Shown in pieces: positions 34,973-44,718 of a stretch of 50,636 nt of DNA. The stretch's first letter is position 1, and each line of letters opens with the position of its first letter. Made by a program: the position numbers and the translations under genes. Under the pieces are notes generated by a model. The model did not search any database, had not been told where the DNA came from, and saw only the letters and a program-made list of their open reading frames with translations. Origin of the DNA: Candidatus Methylomirabilis sp. (GTDB taxonomy: Bacteria > Patescibacteriota > DYJS01); NCBI GenBank assembly GCA_020723005.1, contig DYJS01000006.1:1-50636 (forward strand), in the 5' to 3' direction.

Positions 34973-36616
34973 CTACAAAAGTTTTCTAAGTTTTAGACTT
35001 AACGGACCAGCACCAAGATTTAAAATACAATCAAAATTTTCTTTAGAAATTTGTCCCAAAATTTTTGGTAAATCATCATAACTTTCACAAACTTCAACAT
35101 CAACCCCTCTATCTCGAATTTTTTTACCAAAAATTTTATGATTTACAAAATCAGAATCAGAGTCTCGTCCCGGAACTTTATAAACTGGAAATAAAAATAA
35201 TTTTCCAAAACCTCTTTCTTGGGAGGTAGTAAAATTTCCGTTGGAAATTTTGGTGGAGTCGATTAAAGCATCAAAACTTTGAACAAAATCATCAAACAAT
35301 TCTTTTGTTCTTTTGTATTGATGAGATTCAAAAATTACTGCAATATGCTTAAATTTTTGCAAAAAAGCTAGAATGGTAACAGAGATTTGTGTTGGATGGT
35401 GAGCATAATCATCATAAACTGGAATTTCATTAAATTTTCCAACCAACTCTTGCCTTCTGTATATCCCAGAAAAATTTTTGAGAGCAGATTCTATTTCTTC
35501 AAACCTTAGATTTTGTTTCAAATTTTTTTTACTAGAAACAAATTTTTCCAACGAATAATCATTTTCTTGAGATTTTGAAATTAAGATAGAAGTTAAAAAT
35601 GTTGAAAGTGCAATTCCAGAATTTATAATATTTTTTTCTCCAATCAGTGAAGTTTCAAGAGAAAACTCAAAAATATCTGGTAAAAATTTATTTTTTAAAT
35701 TTTTTTTATTTTTTTGATTAAAAATCAAATTTTTTGTTGGAAAACCATATTCTAAATTCAAAAAAAATTTTTGAATTTCATTTTTATTAACTTCTTTTCG
35801 AATATTAAAACTAGTATTATCTTTAAATAAATTTTCTTTTTCATAAGAAACTCCAATTTTTAGAGGCAAGTGAAATTCGTTTTTTATCAAAAAATCATAT
35901 TCTATATTTTTATCTCCCATAAAACCAAGAATAAATCCTTTTCTATCTACATTTTTTGCTAGTTCCAAAAATGCATTTTTTACATCGTTAATATTTTTAT
36001 AGCAATCTGGATGATCGTGTTCAATGTTCAAAATTATAAGTCCAAAGATTTTTTTTAGTGCTAAAAAATTTCTTTTATATTCATCTGCTTCAATAATCAC
36101 AAAATCTCCATTTCCAAGTCGAAAAGATTTTCCGTCTGGAAAATTTTTATCTGCAAATTCTTTTATACTGCTACCTATTATACAAGTTGGATCTAAACCA
36201 CTTGCTGTAAAAATTATACTTGTCAAGGCTGTTGTTGTTGTTTTTCCATGAGCTCCAGAAATTGCTATAATTTTTTTATCTTTGAAAAGTTCATAGTATC
36301 CTTCGGCATTTTTGAAAGTTGAAATTTTAAGTTTTTTTGCTTCACTTAACTCCTCTTTTCCTTCACCGTCTTCGATTGCTTGAGAATAAAAAAATGCATC
36401 AGGTTGAATTTTTTGAATATTTTTTGCAGTTTGACTATAAAAAATTTTTACACCTAAACTTTTAAGCTTTTCAGTAAATTCACTTTTTTTGATCTCGCTT
36501 CCAAAAATTTGAATTTTAGAATTTTTTGGTAAAGTTTTGTTCAATTCTAAAAAATAATGTGCAATATTTCTAATTCCTGTTCCACCTATCCCAGAAATAT
36601 ATGGTTTTTTAAACAA
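34973..36616 (-). CDS. murC: UDP-N-acetylmuramate--L-alanine ligase (Mur ligase family) with internal insertion
   Basis: ISGIGGTGIRNIAHYF, ISGAHGKTTTTAL, IIEADEYKRNFL and DDYAHHP are present. At 547 aa it carries an Asn/Lys-rich ~90-aa insert in the middle domain. The start is a TTG. Confidence 0.8.
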   Translation of the reverse strand: MFKKPYISGIGGTGIRNIAHYFLELNKTLPKNSKIQIFGSEIKKSEFTEKLKSLGVKIFYSQTAKNIQKIQPDAFFYSQAIEDGEGKEELSEAKKLKISTFKNAEGYYELFKDKKIIAISGAHGKTTTTALTSIIFTASGLDPTCIIGSSIKEFADKNFPDGKSFRLGNGDFVIIEADEYKRNFLALKKIFGLIILNIEHDHPDCYKNINDVKNAFLELAKNVDRKGFILGFMGDKNIEYDFLIKNEFHLPLKIGVSYEKENLFKDNTSFNIRKEVNKNEIQKFFLNLEYGFPTKNLIFNQKNKKNLKNKFLPDIFEFSLETSLIGEKNIINSGIALSTFLTSILISKSQENDYSLEKFVSSKKNLKQNLRFEEIESALKNFSGIYRRQELVGKFNEIPVYDDYAHHPTQISVTILAFLQKFKHIAVIFESHQYKRTKELFDDFVQSFDALIDSTKISNGNFTTSQERGFGKLFLFPVYKVPGRDSDSDFVNHKIFGKKIRDRGVDVEVCESYDDLPKILGQISKENFDCILNLGAGPLSLKLRKLL

Positions 36617-36620
36617 AACA

Positions 36621-36646
36621 TTGACTTCTCTCTCTCTCTCTAGAAT
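36621..36646 (+). promoter_or_regulatory. Promoter-like element TTGACT-(TC)7-TAGAAT
   Basis: The -35-like TTGACT (36621-36626) and -10-like TAGAAT (36641-36646) are separated by only 14 nt, made entirely of TC repeats. The element is 11 nt upstream of the ATG at 36658. Confidence 0.35.
36627..36640. repeat. (TC)7 dinucleotide microsatellite
   Basis: This is a direct reading of the sequence, tctctctctctctc. It is the only pyrimidine/GC-containing microsatellite I noticed in the window. Confidence 0.95.
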
Positions 36647-36657
36647 GAATCAAGAAA

Positions 36658-37128
36658 ATGGCAAAAGATTTTCGATTTAAAATTAAATTTTTTAAAATGA
36701 GTTGTTTAAAAGCAGTAGAATCTCAAAAAGTCCCAGAAGAAGACATAATTAAAGATTATGATTATTCAAAAATCCCAGCCGAAGTTTTTAAACCGTTCGA
36801 AGCAACGGTGGCTCAGCTCATAAGAGAAGGAAGGGAAAAAGAATCGTTAGAATATGATAGTTGGTTTTTGTTGATCTGGAACGAAATTGCTTTTTGGGAA
36901 GAATATAATAGCATCGGAGGTAGAGATTTTTTAGAAAGACATTACATTGGAATTGATAAAAGAACTGGTTATTTTGTTGATATAGAAGGAAAGCTTAGTT
37001 ATTTTATGCCATCGCAATTTACAAGAGCAAGAGACCCAAAAATTCTAGCAGAAGCCAGAAGAATATTTTTTGAAAAATTTCCTAAAGATCCAAGAAAAGC
37101 ATATTTTCAAACAAAACAACCAACATAA
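36658..37128 (+). CDS. Hypothetical cytoplasmic protein (156 aa), no recognisable family
   Basis: The ORF is clean. Its composition (Trp/Glu/Arg/Tyr-rich, visibly higher GC than its neighbours) looks like a real folded protein rather than a low-complexity artefact. Confidence 0.6.
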   Translation: MAKDFRFKIKFFKMSCLKAVESQKVPEEDIIKDYDYSKIPAEVFKPFEATVAQLIREGREKESLEYDSWFLLIWNEIAFWEEYNSIGGRDFLERHYIGIDKRTGYFVDIEGKLSYFMPSQFTRARDPKILAEARRIFFEKFPKDPRKAYFQTKQPT

Positions 37129-37253
37129 AAATAAAATATAAAAATTGAAATTTTCAATATTAATTTTATAAATCTAACTTTTTTAAAACTTAAAATCTTT
37201 TTATTTTATAAAAAAAATGAAGAATTTCGTCTTGACAAAATTTTTTAATTTTC

Positions 37254-37282
37254 TTGACTTTAAAAATTTTCTTTTTTAGAAA
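37254..37282 (+). promoter_or_regulatory. Candidate rpoB promoter (TTGACT-N17-TAGAAA); second TTGACA at 37232
   Basis: The hexamers were read directly from the sequence. The element is 34 nt upstream of the GTG start of rpoB. Confidence 0.35.
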
Positions 37283-37315
37283 TTTTTCAGAATTGTAGAA
37301 TAAACTTAATTTACA

Positions 37316-40300
37316 GTGCAAACAACAAAAATAATCAAACTAGGCAAAGGAATAAAAAAACCCCTAGCCGATTTACCAAATCTTATTGAAACTCCACTAA
37401 AATCCTATAAAGATTTTTTGGAAAAAGGAATAAAATCTCTTTTTGAAAATATATCTCCAATCAGAGATTATACAGAAAATCTTTTTGATTTAACCCTTAA
37501 AGATTTTCGTATTGACGAACCTTCACTTTCTGAAGCTGAAGCAATTCGAACTGGAGCAAGTTTAAATGTTCCTGTCCGTGCAATTGCTGAACTTTTAAAT
37601 AAACAAACAGGTGAAATAAAAACACAAGAGATTTTTTTGTGTGATGTTCCAAAGATGACAGATGATGGTTATTTTGTTATTAACGGAATTAAAAGAGTTG
37701 TTATAAACCAACTTATTCGTTCTACTGGTATATTTTTTACCAAAGAAGAAGGGGTTGGAGTTTTTGATATTTATGGTGCAAAAATTATTCCAGAAACTGG
37801 AGCTTGGCTAGAGCTAGAAGTAAAAAAACAGCTTGGAGTTTCTGTAAAAGTTGATCAAGGAAAAACTGTTAACTGGTTTACATTCCTTGCTTGTTTTGGT
37901 TTTTCTTTCAAAGAGATTTTAGATATTTTTAAAAATCATCCAGACAAAGATTTGATATTAAATAGTCAAATTTTTGAAATTACGAACAATGCATCTGTTT
38001 TTCAAAAAAGTGAAAACGAAAAAGGAGTTTCTGATCTTGCAATTATTGATTTTTATAAAAAAATTCGACCCGGTGATATGATTACACTTGAATCGGGAAA
38101 AACTCTTTTTGAAAATATGTTTCAAAACGAAAAACGATACTCTCTTGGAGATGTTGGACGATTTAAGTTAAACAGAAGAGTTGGAAATTCTGATGACAAA
38201 ACTTCTAAACTGTTAGATAAAGAAGATTTGGCAAAAATCACATATGTTATGTTTGATATGATAATCAATGGATTATCTGGAGATGATATTGATCACTTGG
38301 CATATCGAAGGGTAAAATCTGTTGGTGAACAAATTGCAGATGCTATGAGAATTGGAATTTCTAGATTTGAAAGAATTGTAAAAGATAGAATGAGTACAGT
38401 TGATATGGAAGAAGAGATCTCTGCAAAACAATTCTTAAATATTCGACCAATTTCAGCTTCTATTGAAAGTTTTTTTGCTTCTGCTCAGCTTTCACAATTT
38501 ATGGATGAAACAAATCCCGTTGCAGAGCTTGCACATAAAAGAAGACTCTCGTCTTTTGGTCCTGGAGGTCTGAAAAGAGAGAGAGCTGGTTTTGAAGTTC
38601 GTGATATTCATAATTCTCATTATGGAAGAATTTGTCCTATTGAAACACCAGAGGGTCCAAACATTGGTCTTGTTACATCAATTGCTTCTTATGGAAAAAT
38701 AAACGACTATGGATTTATTGAAAGTCCATACATCAAACTTTTGAATGAAATTTCTATTGATGATGAAAGATCTGAAGGGCTTATTTTACGAAGTGATATT
38801 TTTGATTCAAATCAAAAAATTTTGGCAAAAAAAGGAGAAAAAACTACGAAAGAAATTTTAAAAAAAATAAAATCTTCTGGAATCAATACAATAAAAATTT
38901 ATCCTCTTTTAACAAACGAAATAGTTTATATTATGGCAGACGAAGAGGAGAAGAACTACATCGCTCAATTTTCCACAGAGATATCTGAAACAAATCAAAT
39001 AGTTAAAGATGTTTTAACGGTTCGTGTTGGTGGAGAGCCAGAAATTGTTTCAATAGATAAAGTTACCTTAATAGAAGTTAGTCATTATCAAATGATTTCT
39101 GTTACAACAAGTTTGGTTCCTTTTATTGAGCACAACCCTTCTGTTCGTGTTTTGGCTGGTTCAAATATGAATCGTCAAGCAGTTCCTCTCTTGGAAACAG
39201 AACTTCCTTTGGTTGAAACAGGTGTTGAAAAAACAATCGCAAAATATTCTGGACACAACATTTTTGCACCAAAAGATGGAGTCGTTGATTATGTTGATGC
39301 TGAAAAAATTATTGTAAAAGATAAAAATAATAGAAAATTTGAATTTAAATTAAAAGTTTATGAACGAACAAATCAAAACACAACAATAAGACAAACACCA
39401 CTCGTTTTTTTAGGACAAGAAGTTTCTAAAGGAGAGATTCTTGCACAAGGATTTGCTATGAAGAGAGATGAACTAGCTCTTGGAAAAAATGTTTTAGTTG
39501 GATTTATGGCTTGGAACGGATTTAATTTTGCTGATGCTATTGTGATATCTTCTCGACTTGTAAAACAAGATATTTTTACATCTGTTCATGTTGAAGAATA
39601 CATTGCTAATGTTCGTGAAACAAATCTTGGGCCAGAAGAAACGACAAGAGATATTCCAGGAAAATCAGAGTATTCGCTTAGAAATTTAGATGAAGAAGGA
39701 ATCGTTAGAGTTGGCTCCGAAGTTAAATCTGGAGATATCTTGGTTGGAAAGGTGACACCTCGTGGAAAAGTTGAACTTACCGCAGAAGAAAGACTTCTTT
39801 TCGCAATTTTTGGTGAAAAATCTCAAGACAAAAAAGATACATCTCTTAAACTTCCTCATGGAGATCGTGGAAGAGTTGTTGATGTTCAAATTTTTACAAG
39901 AGAAAATGGAGACAATCTTCCAGTTGGAATTTTAAAAATGGTTAAAGTTTATGTTGCTCAGATTAGAAAAATCTCTGTTGGTGATAAAATGGCTGCTAGG
40001 TATGGAAATAAAGGTGTTGTCGCAAAAGTTGTTCCAGAAGAAGATATGCCATTTTTAGCAGATGGAACACCAATTGATATAATACTAAATCCTTTAGGAG
40101 TTGTGGCTCGTATGAATGTTGGACAAGTTCTTGAAACACATCTTGGAATGGCTGCAAAACTTCTTGGTGTTAGATATCAAGTTGAACCATTTTCTAGAAT
40201 TGGATGGAGCGATATTGCAAATGAACTTAAAAAAGCTGGTTTTTCTGAAGATGGAAAAGTTGAACTTTTTGATGGAAGAACTGGAGAAAAATTTAAGGAG

Positions 40301-40690
40301 AGAGTTGCAGTTGGATATATGTATTTTCAAAAATTAATACATATGTCAGAAGACAAAATTCATGCAAGAAGTGTTGGACCATATTCATTGATAACACAGC
40401 AACCTCTTGGAGGAAAAGCACAATTTGGTGGTCAGAGACTTGGAGAGATGGAGGTTTGGGCTTTAGAAGCACATGGAGCATCAAAAATTTTACAAGAAAT
40501 GCTAACAATCAAATCTGATGATGTAATTGGGAGAGCAAAGGCATATGAATCTATTGTAAAAGGAGAAGATATTGGAGAGATAAATATGCCTGCATCTTTT
40601 CATGTTTTATTAAAAGAATTACAAGGAATTGGTCTTAAAACAGATCTTTTAAAACTTAAAAAAGAAACAACAGAGGAGGAAGAAGAATGA
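37316..40690 (+). CDS. rpoB: DNA-directed RNA polymerase beta subunit
   Basis: The match is full-length, including FMDETNPVAELAHKRRLS..GPGGL, PIETPEGPNIGL, NMNRQAVPL, GDKMAARYGNKGVV, and GGKAQFGGQRLGEMEVWALEAHGA. The start is a GTG. Confidence 0.98.
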   Translation: MQTTKIIKLGKGIKKPLADLPNLIETPLKSYKDFLEKGIKSLFENISPIRDYTENLFDLTLKDFRIDEPSLSEAEAIRTGASLNVPVRAIAELLNKQTGEIKTQEIFLCDVPKMTDDGYFVINGIKRVVINQLIRSTGIFFTKEEGVGVFDIYGAKIIPETGAWLELEVKKQLGVSVKVDQGKTVNWFTFLACFGFSFKEILDIFKNHPDKDLILNSQIFEITNNASVFQKSENEKGVSDLAIIDFYKKIRPGDMITLESGKTLFENMFQNEKRYSLGDVGRFKLNRRVGNSDDKTSKLLDKEDLAKITYVMFDMIINGLSGDDIDHLAYRRVKSVGEQIADAMRIGISRFERIVKDRMSTVDMEEEISAKQFLNIRPISASIESFFASAQLSQFMDETNPVAELAHKRRLSSFGPGGLKRERAGFEVRDIHNSHYGRICPIETPEGPNIGLVTSIASYGKINDYGFIESPYIKLLNEISIDDERSEGLILRSDIFDSNQKILAKKGEKTTKEILKKIKSSGINTIKIYPLLTNEIVYIMADEEEKNYIAQFSTEISETNQIVKDVLTVRVGGEPEIVSIDKVTLIEVSHYQMISVTTSLVPFIEHNPSVRVLAGSNMNRQAVPLLETELPLVETGVEKTIAKYSGHNIFAPKDGVVDYVDAEKIIVKDKNNRKFEFKLKVYERTNQNTTIRQTPLVFLGQEVSKGEILAQGFAMKRDELALGKNVLVGFMAWNGFNFADAIVISSRLVKQDIFTSVHVEEYIANVRETNLGPEETTRDIPGKSEYSLRNLDEEGIVRVGSEVKSGDILVGKVTPRGKVELTAEERLLFAIFGEKSQDKKDTSLKLPHGDRGRVVDVQIFTRENGDNLPVGILKMVKVYVAQIRKISVGDKMAARYGNKGVVAKVVPEEDMPFLADGTPIDIILNPLGVVARMNVGQVLETHLGMAAKLLGVRYQVEPFSRIGWSDIANELKKAGFSEDGKVELFDGRTGEKFKERVAVGYMYFQKLIHMSEDKIHARSVGPYSLITQQPLGGKAQFGGQRLGEMEVWALEAHGASKILQEMLTIKSDDVIGRAKAYESIVKGEDIGEINMPASFHVLLKELQGIGLKTDLLKLKKETTEEEEE

Positions 40691-43600
40691 AAGAATTAAA
40701 TATTTCAGTTGACGAAATTGATGGATTAAGACTTAGTATATCATCTCCACAAGATATACTTTCCTCTTCTTTTGGAGAAGTCCTAAAACCTGAAACCATA
40801 AATTATAGAACACAGAGACCTGTTCGTGGTGGTCTTTTTTGTGAAAAAATTTTTGGACCAACAAAAAACTGGCAATGTTATTGTGGAAAATATAAAAGAA
40901 TTAGATATAAAGGTGTTGTTTGTGATAGATGTGGAGTTGAAGTTGCACACTCTTCTGTTAGAAGATTTAGAATGGGACACATTAAGCTTGGTGCTCCAGT
41001 TGTTCATCCATGGTTTCTTAGAAGTAATCCAGGTGTTCTTGCGAAAATTATGGATATTCCACAAAAAAAATTAGAACAAGTTGTATATTTTGCAGGTTAT
41101 ATTGTAAAATCTGTTGATATTGATAAAAAAACAAAAATCTTAGAAGATTCTCAAAAATTATATCAAGACACAATGAAAGAGATCTCTAAAGAGTATGAAA
41201 TTTTAATTTCAAAGATCTCTGATGCAGAAGAGAAAGAGAAGATTAAACAGGAAAAACAAGAGAAAGAGAGGTTTGCAAAACAAAAAAATGCAGAAGTAAA
41301 GAATGATTGTGAATTTTTAAAAGTTGGAGCAATACTTTCAGAGGATCAATTTTTTGCACTTTCAATAAAATATAGCCATATTTTTACAGCTGGAATTGGA
41401 GCTTCAGCAATTTTAGATATTGCAAAAGATATTGATTTGGAAGTTTTGACTGCAGAGATAGAAACAGAGATTAAAAAACTTCTTGAAAATCCAGAAAAAG
41501 GTGAAAATGCAATTAAAAAATTAAGAGTTCGTTTAAATATTATAAAAGGATTGAGAAATGCTGGAATTAAACCAGAATCAATGTTTTTGACAATTCTTCC
41601 AGTTATTCCTCCAGACCTTCGACCAATGGTTGAACTTGACGGAGGAAGATATGCAACAAGCGATCTAAACGATCTTTATAGAAGAGTTTTGAGTAGAAAT
41701 AATCGACTTAAAAGATTAATATCTGTTTCGGCTCCAGATGTCATAACAAGAAATGAAAAAAGAATGTTACAAGAAGCAGTTGATGCTCTGATTGATAAAA
41801 ATTATCGTTCAGCTGGAAGATTTAATGATTCTGCAACAAAAGAACTAAAATCTATTTCAGATTTTTTAAGAGGAAAACAGGGAAGATTTAGACAAAATTT
41901 ACTTGGAAAAAGAGTTGATTACTCTGGTCGTGCTGTTATTGTTCCGGGTCCAAATCTAAAAATTAATCAGTGTGGTGTTCCGAAAGCAATGGCTCTTGAA
42001 CTATTCTCTCCATTTGTTATCTCAAAACTCATAAAACTTGGATATGCACATAACATCAAAGCTGCAAAGAAATTAATCTCTCAAAAAACTTCTATAGTTT
42101 GGGATATTCTTGAAGAAATTGCAAGCAACAAAGTTGTTCTTCTAAATCGTGCTCCAACTCTACATGTTCTTTCAATTTTAGCATATCAACCAGTTTTGAT
42201 CGAAGGAAAGGCAATCCAACTTCATCCACTTGTTTGTGAAGGTTACAATGCAGATTTTGATGGAGATCAAATGGCGATTCACCTTCCACTTTCTGACGAG
42301 GCACAAGAAGAGGGAAAAAAATTAATGCTTGGAAGTGTAAATTTATTGAAACCTAGCGATGGAAAACCAGTTGCAATGCCTAAAGATGAAATGGTTCTTG
42401 GTGTATATTATCTGACTTTTGTTGAAACAGATTTTGAAGAATCTGATATTAAAAAAACATTTTCTTCAACAGATGAAATGATTTTTGCTTTTGAAATAAA
42501 AAAAATTGCATTACATGATAAAATCAAAGTTTTTGTTGAAAAGGAAAATGAATTTTTGGTTACAACTGCAGGAAGAGTAATTTTTAACTCAATTCTACCA
42601 AAAAGTATTCCATTTATAAATAAATCACTTGACAATGGTGCTTTGAAGGAGTTAGTTTTAGATATTTTCAAAAAACTTGGTTCAGAAGAAACATCTATAA
42701 TTTTAGATAATATCAAACTACTTGGAAATAAATATGCAACGAAATCTGGAATTACATATGCTGGAAGTGATTTAATTGTTCCAACAGATAAATCTGATGT
42801 CATTTCTAAAACAGAAAAAATGAGAGATGATTTTTATGTAGCATATAAAAAAGGCTTTATTACAAATGATGAAAGAAGAAATTTAACAATTAATAGCTGG
42901 ACTAATGCAAAATCTGAACTTGCAAATATAATAAAGAAAAATTTAAAAAATTATGGATCAACAAGGTATATAATCGAATCTGGAGCGAGAGGAAAATTGG
43001 AAAATATCAATCAATTAATCGGTATGAAAGGGCTTGTTGCAAACCCTTCTGGAGAATATATAGAAGTTCCTGTTGCAAACTCATTTATTGAAGGATTAAC
43101 ATCTTTAGAATATTTTACAGAAAGCCATGGTGGAAGAAAGGGAAAGTCTGATACAGCTCTTAAAACTGCTGATGCTGGATATTTAACAAGAAGAATGGTT
43201 GATGTTGCCCAAGACATCGTTGTTAGCGAAGAAGAGTGTGGTTCAACGGCTGGAATAACTTTTAACCTAAAAGAAAGTTCCGAAATAAATAAAACACTTG
43301 GTGCACGAGTAAAAGGTAGATTTTTATTAACAGATATTGTTGTAAATGGAAAAACTTTAGCAAAAGCAGGAGAGCTTGTATCTGATGAATTAGCAAAAAT
43401 TATAGATTCTTCTTCTGTAGAATCCGTTTCTGTTAGATCTCCATTATATTGCAAATCACAAACTGGATGTTGTAAAAAATGTTATGGAATGGATCCTTCA
43501 AAAGGGGAACTTGTTTCAATTGGAAGACCTGTTGGAATAATCGCAGCTCAATCAATTGGTGAACCTGGACTTCAATTGACACTTAGAACTTTCCATCAAG

Positions 43601-44370
43601 GTGGTTTGGCTGGAAGCAATATTATTCAAGGTTTGCCAAGAGTAGAAGAACTTTTTGAAGCAAGATCTAGATATCCTGCAGTTTTGGCTGAAGAATCTGG
43701 AACTGTTAGAGTTGAAACAAAAATTGAAAACGGGACAACATTGGTAAATCTTTATATCAAAACAAAAAATGGAAAAACATTGACTTATCCTGATCTACAC
43801 GAAGAATCAATTATTGTAGAAGATGGACAAGTTGTAGAAAAAGGAGATCCTTTAACTCATGGAAGTTTTGATCCAAAACAGCTTTTCGATCTTAAGGGAA
43901 AAGCTTTTACAGAAAAATATCTTCTTTCTGAAATTCAGAAAGTTTATGTTGGACAAGGACAGGAGATTTTAGATAAACATATTGAAGTAATTTTGGGAAG
44001 AATGTTTGCTCTTGGACAAGTTGTTGATTCTGGAACAACAGATCTATATGAAGGAGACTATGTTGATATGAGAATTATTAATACAAAAAATAAAAATACA
44101 GAAGAAAAAGCAAAAGTTAAACCAACCGTTCTTGGAATTACAAAAGCTGCATTAAATACAGAAAGTTTCCTCTCATCTGCATCGTTTGAAGAAACTACAA
44201 AAGTTTTAATTGAAGCTTCAATAAAAGGAAAGATTGATCTTCTTTCTGGTCTAAAAGAAAATGTTATGATTGGAAGAAGAATCCCTTCTGGAACTGGATA
44301 TAGGGTTTCTGAAGTAAACTATTTTAACCTAGAAGAATATGTTGATAAATTTGAAAAAATAAAATATTAA
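40687..44370 (+). CDS. rpoC: DNA-directed RNA polymerase beta' subunit
   Basis: The zinc finger is CYCGKYKRIRYKGVVCDRCGVEV. LLGKRVDYSGRAVIVPGP, NRAPTLH and the catalytic NADFDGDQMA are present. It overlaps rpoB by ATGA. Confidence 0.98.
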   Translation: MKELNISVDEIDGLRLSISSPQDILSSSFGEVLKPETINYRTQRPVRGGLFCEKIFGPTKNWQCYCGKYKRIRYKGVVCDRCGVEVAHSSVRRFRMGHIKLGAPVVHPWFLRSNPGVLAKIMDIPQKKLEQVVYFAGYIVKSVDIDKKTKILEDSQKLYQDTMKEISKEYEILISKISDAEEKEKIKQEKQEKERFAKQKNAEVKNDCEFLKVGAILSEDQFFALSIKYSHIFTAGIGASAILDIAKDIDLEVLTAEIETEIKKLLENPEKGENAIKKLRVRLNIIKGLRNAGIKPESMFLTILPVIPPDLRPMVELDGGRYATSDLNDLYRRVLSRNNRLKRLISVSAPDVITRNEKRMLQEAVDALIDKNYRSAGRFNDSATKELKSISDFLRGKQGRFRQNLLGKRVDYSGRAVIVPGPNLKINQCGVPKAMALELFSPFVISKLIKLGYAHNIKAAKKLISQKTSIVWDILEEIASNKVVLLNRAPTLHVLSILAYQPVLIEGKAIQLHPLVCEGYNADFDGDQMAIHLPLSDEAQEEGKKLMLGSVNLLKPSDGKPVAMPKDEMVLGVYYLTFVETDFEESDIKKTFSSTDEMIFAFEIKKIALHDKIKVFVEKENEFLVTTAGRVIFNSILPKSIPFINKSLDNGALKELVLDIFKKLGSEETSIILDNIKLLGNKYATKSGITYAGSDLIVPTDKSDVISKTEKMRDDFYVAYKKGFITNDERRNLTINSWTNAKSELANIIKKNLKNYGSTRYIIESGARGKLENINQLIGMKGLVANPSGEYIEVPVANSFIEGLTSLEYFTESHGGRKGKSDTALKTADAGYLTRRMVDVAQDIVVSEEECGSTAGITFNLKESSEINKTLGARVKGRFLLTDIVVNGKTLAKAGELVSDELAKIIDSSSVESVSVRSPLYCKSQTGCCKKCYGMDPSKGELVSIGRPVGIIAAQSIGEPGLQLTLRTFHQGGLAGSNIIQGLPRVEELFEARSRYPAVLAEESGTVRVETKIENGTTLVNLYIKTKNGKTLTYPDLHEESIIVEDGQVVEKGDPLTHGSFDPKQLFDLKGKAFTEKYLLSEIQKVYVGQGQEILDKHIEVILGRMFALGQVVDSGTTDLYEGDYVDMRIINTKNKNTEEKAKVKPTVLGITKAALNTESFLSSASFEETTKVLIEASIKGKIDLLSGLKENVMIGRRIPSGTGYRVSEVNYFNLEEYVDKFEKIKY

Positions 44371-44391
44371 AAATTTTTAAGGAGTAAAAAA

Positions 44392-44718
44392 ATGACATTC
44401 GCAACATTTGAAATTTTTGGACGACAATATAGAGCAACAGAAGGAGATATCCTTTTGGTTGAAGCACCAAATGCAGAGAAATTTTCTGATAAAAAAGGTG
44501 AAAAACTTTTCTCTGATCCAATTCTAATAGAAGATCAAAATTCTGTTTTTGTTGGTTCTGATGCAAAAAAATATAAAATTTCCTTAGAAGTGGTTGGTTT
44601 TTTTAGATCAAAAAAAATCAATACAAAGAAATTTAAACAGAGAAAAAGATATAGAAAATTTATTACAACAAGAAGAAGTTTTGTAAAGTTTAAAGTGAGT
44701 AAAATTGCAAAAAGCTAA
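44392..44718 (+). CDS. rplU: 50S ribosomal protein L21
   Basis: FEIFGRQYRATEGDILLVE and the basic C-terminus match L21. A good SD (AAGGAG) lies upstream. Confidence 0.85.
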   Translation: MTFATFEIFGRQYRATEGDILLVEAPNAEKFSDKKGEKLFSDPILIEDQNSVFVGSDAKKYKISLEVVGFFRSKKINTKKFKQRKRYRKFITTRRSFVKFKVSKIAKS

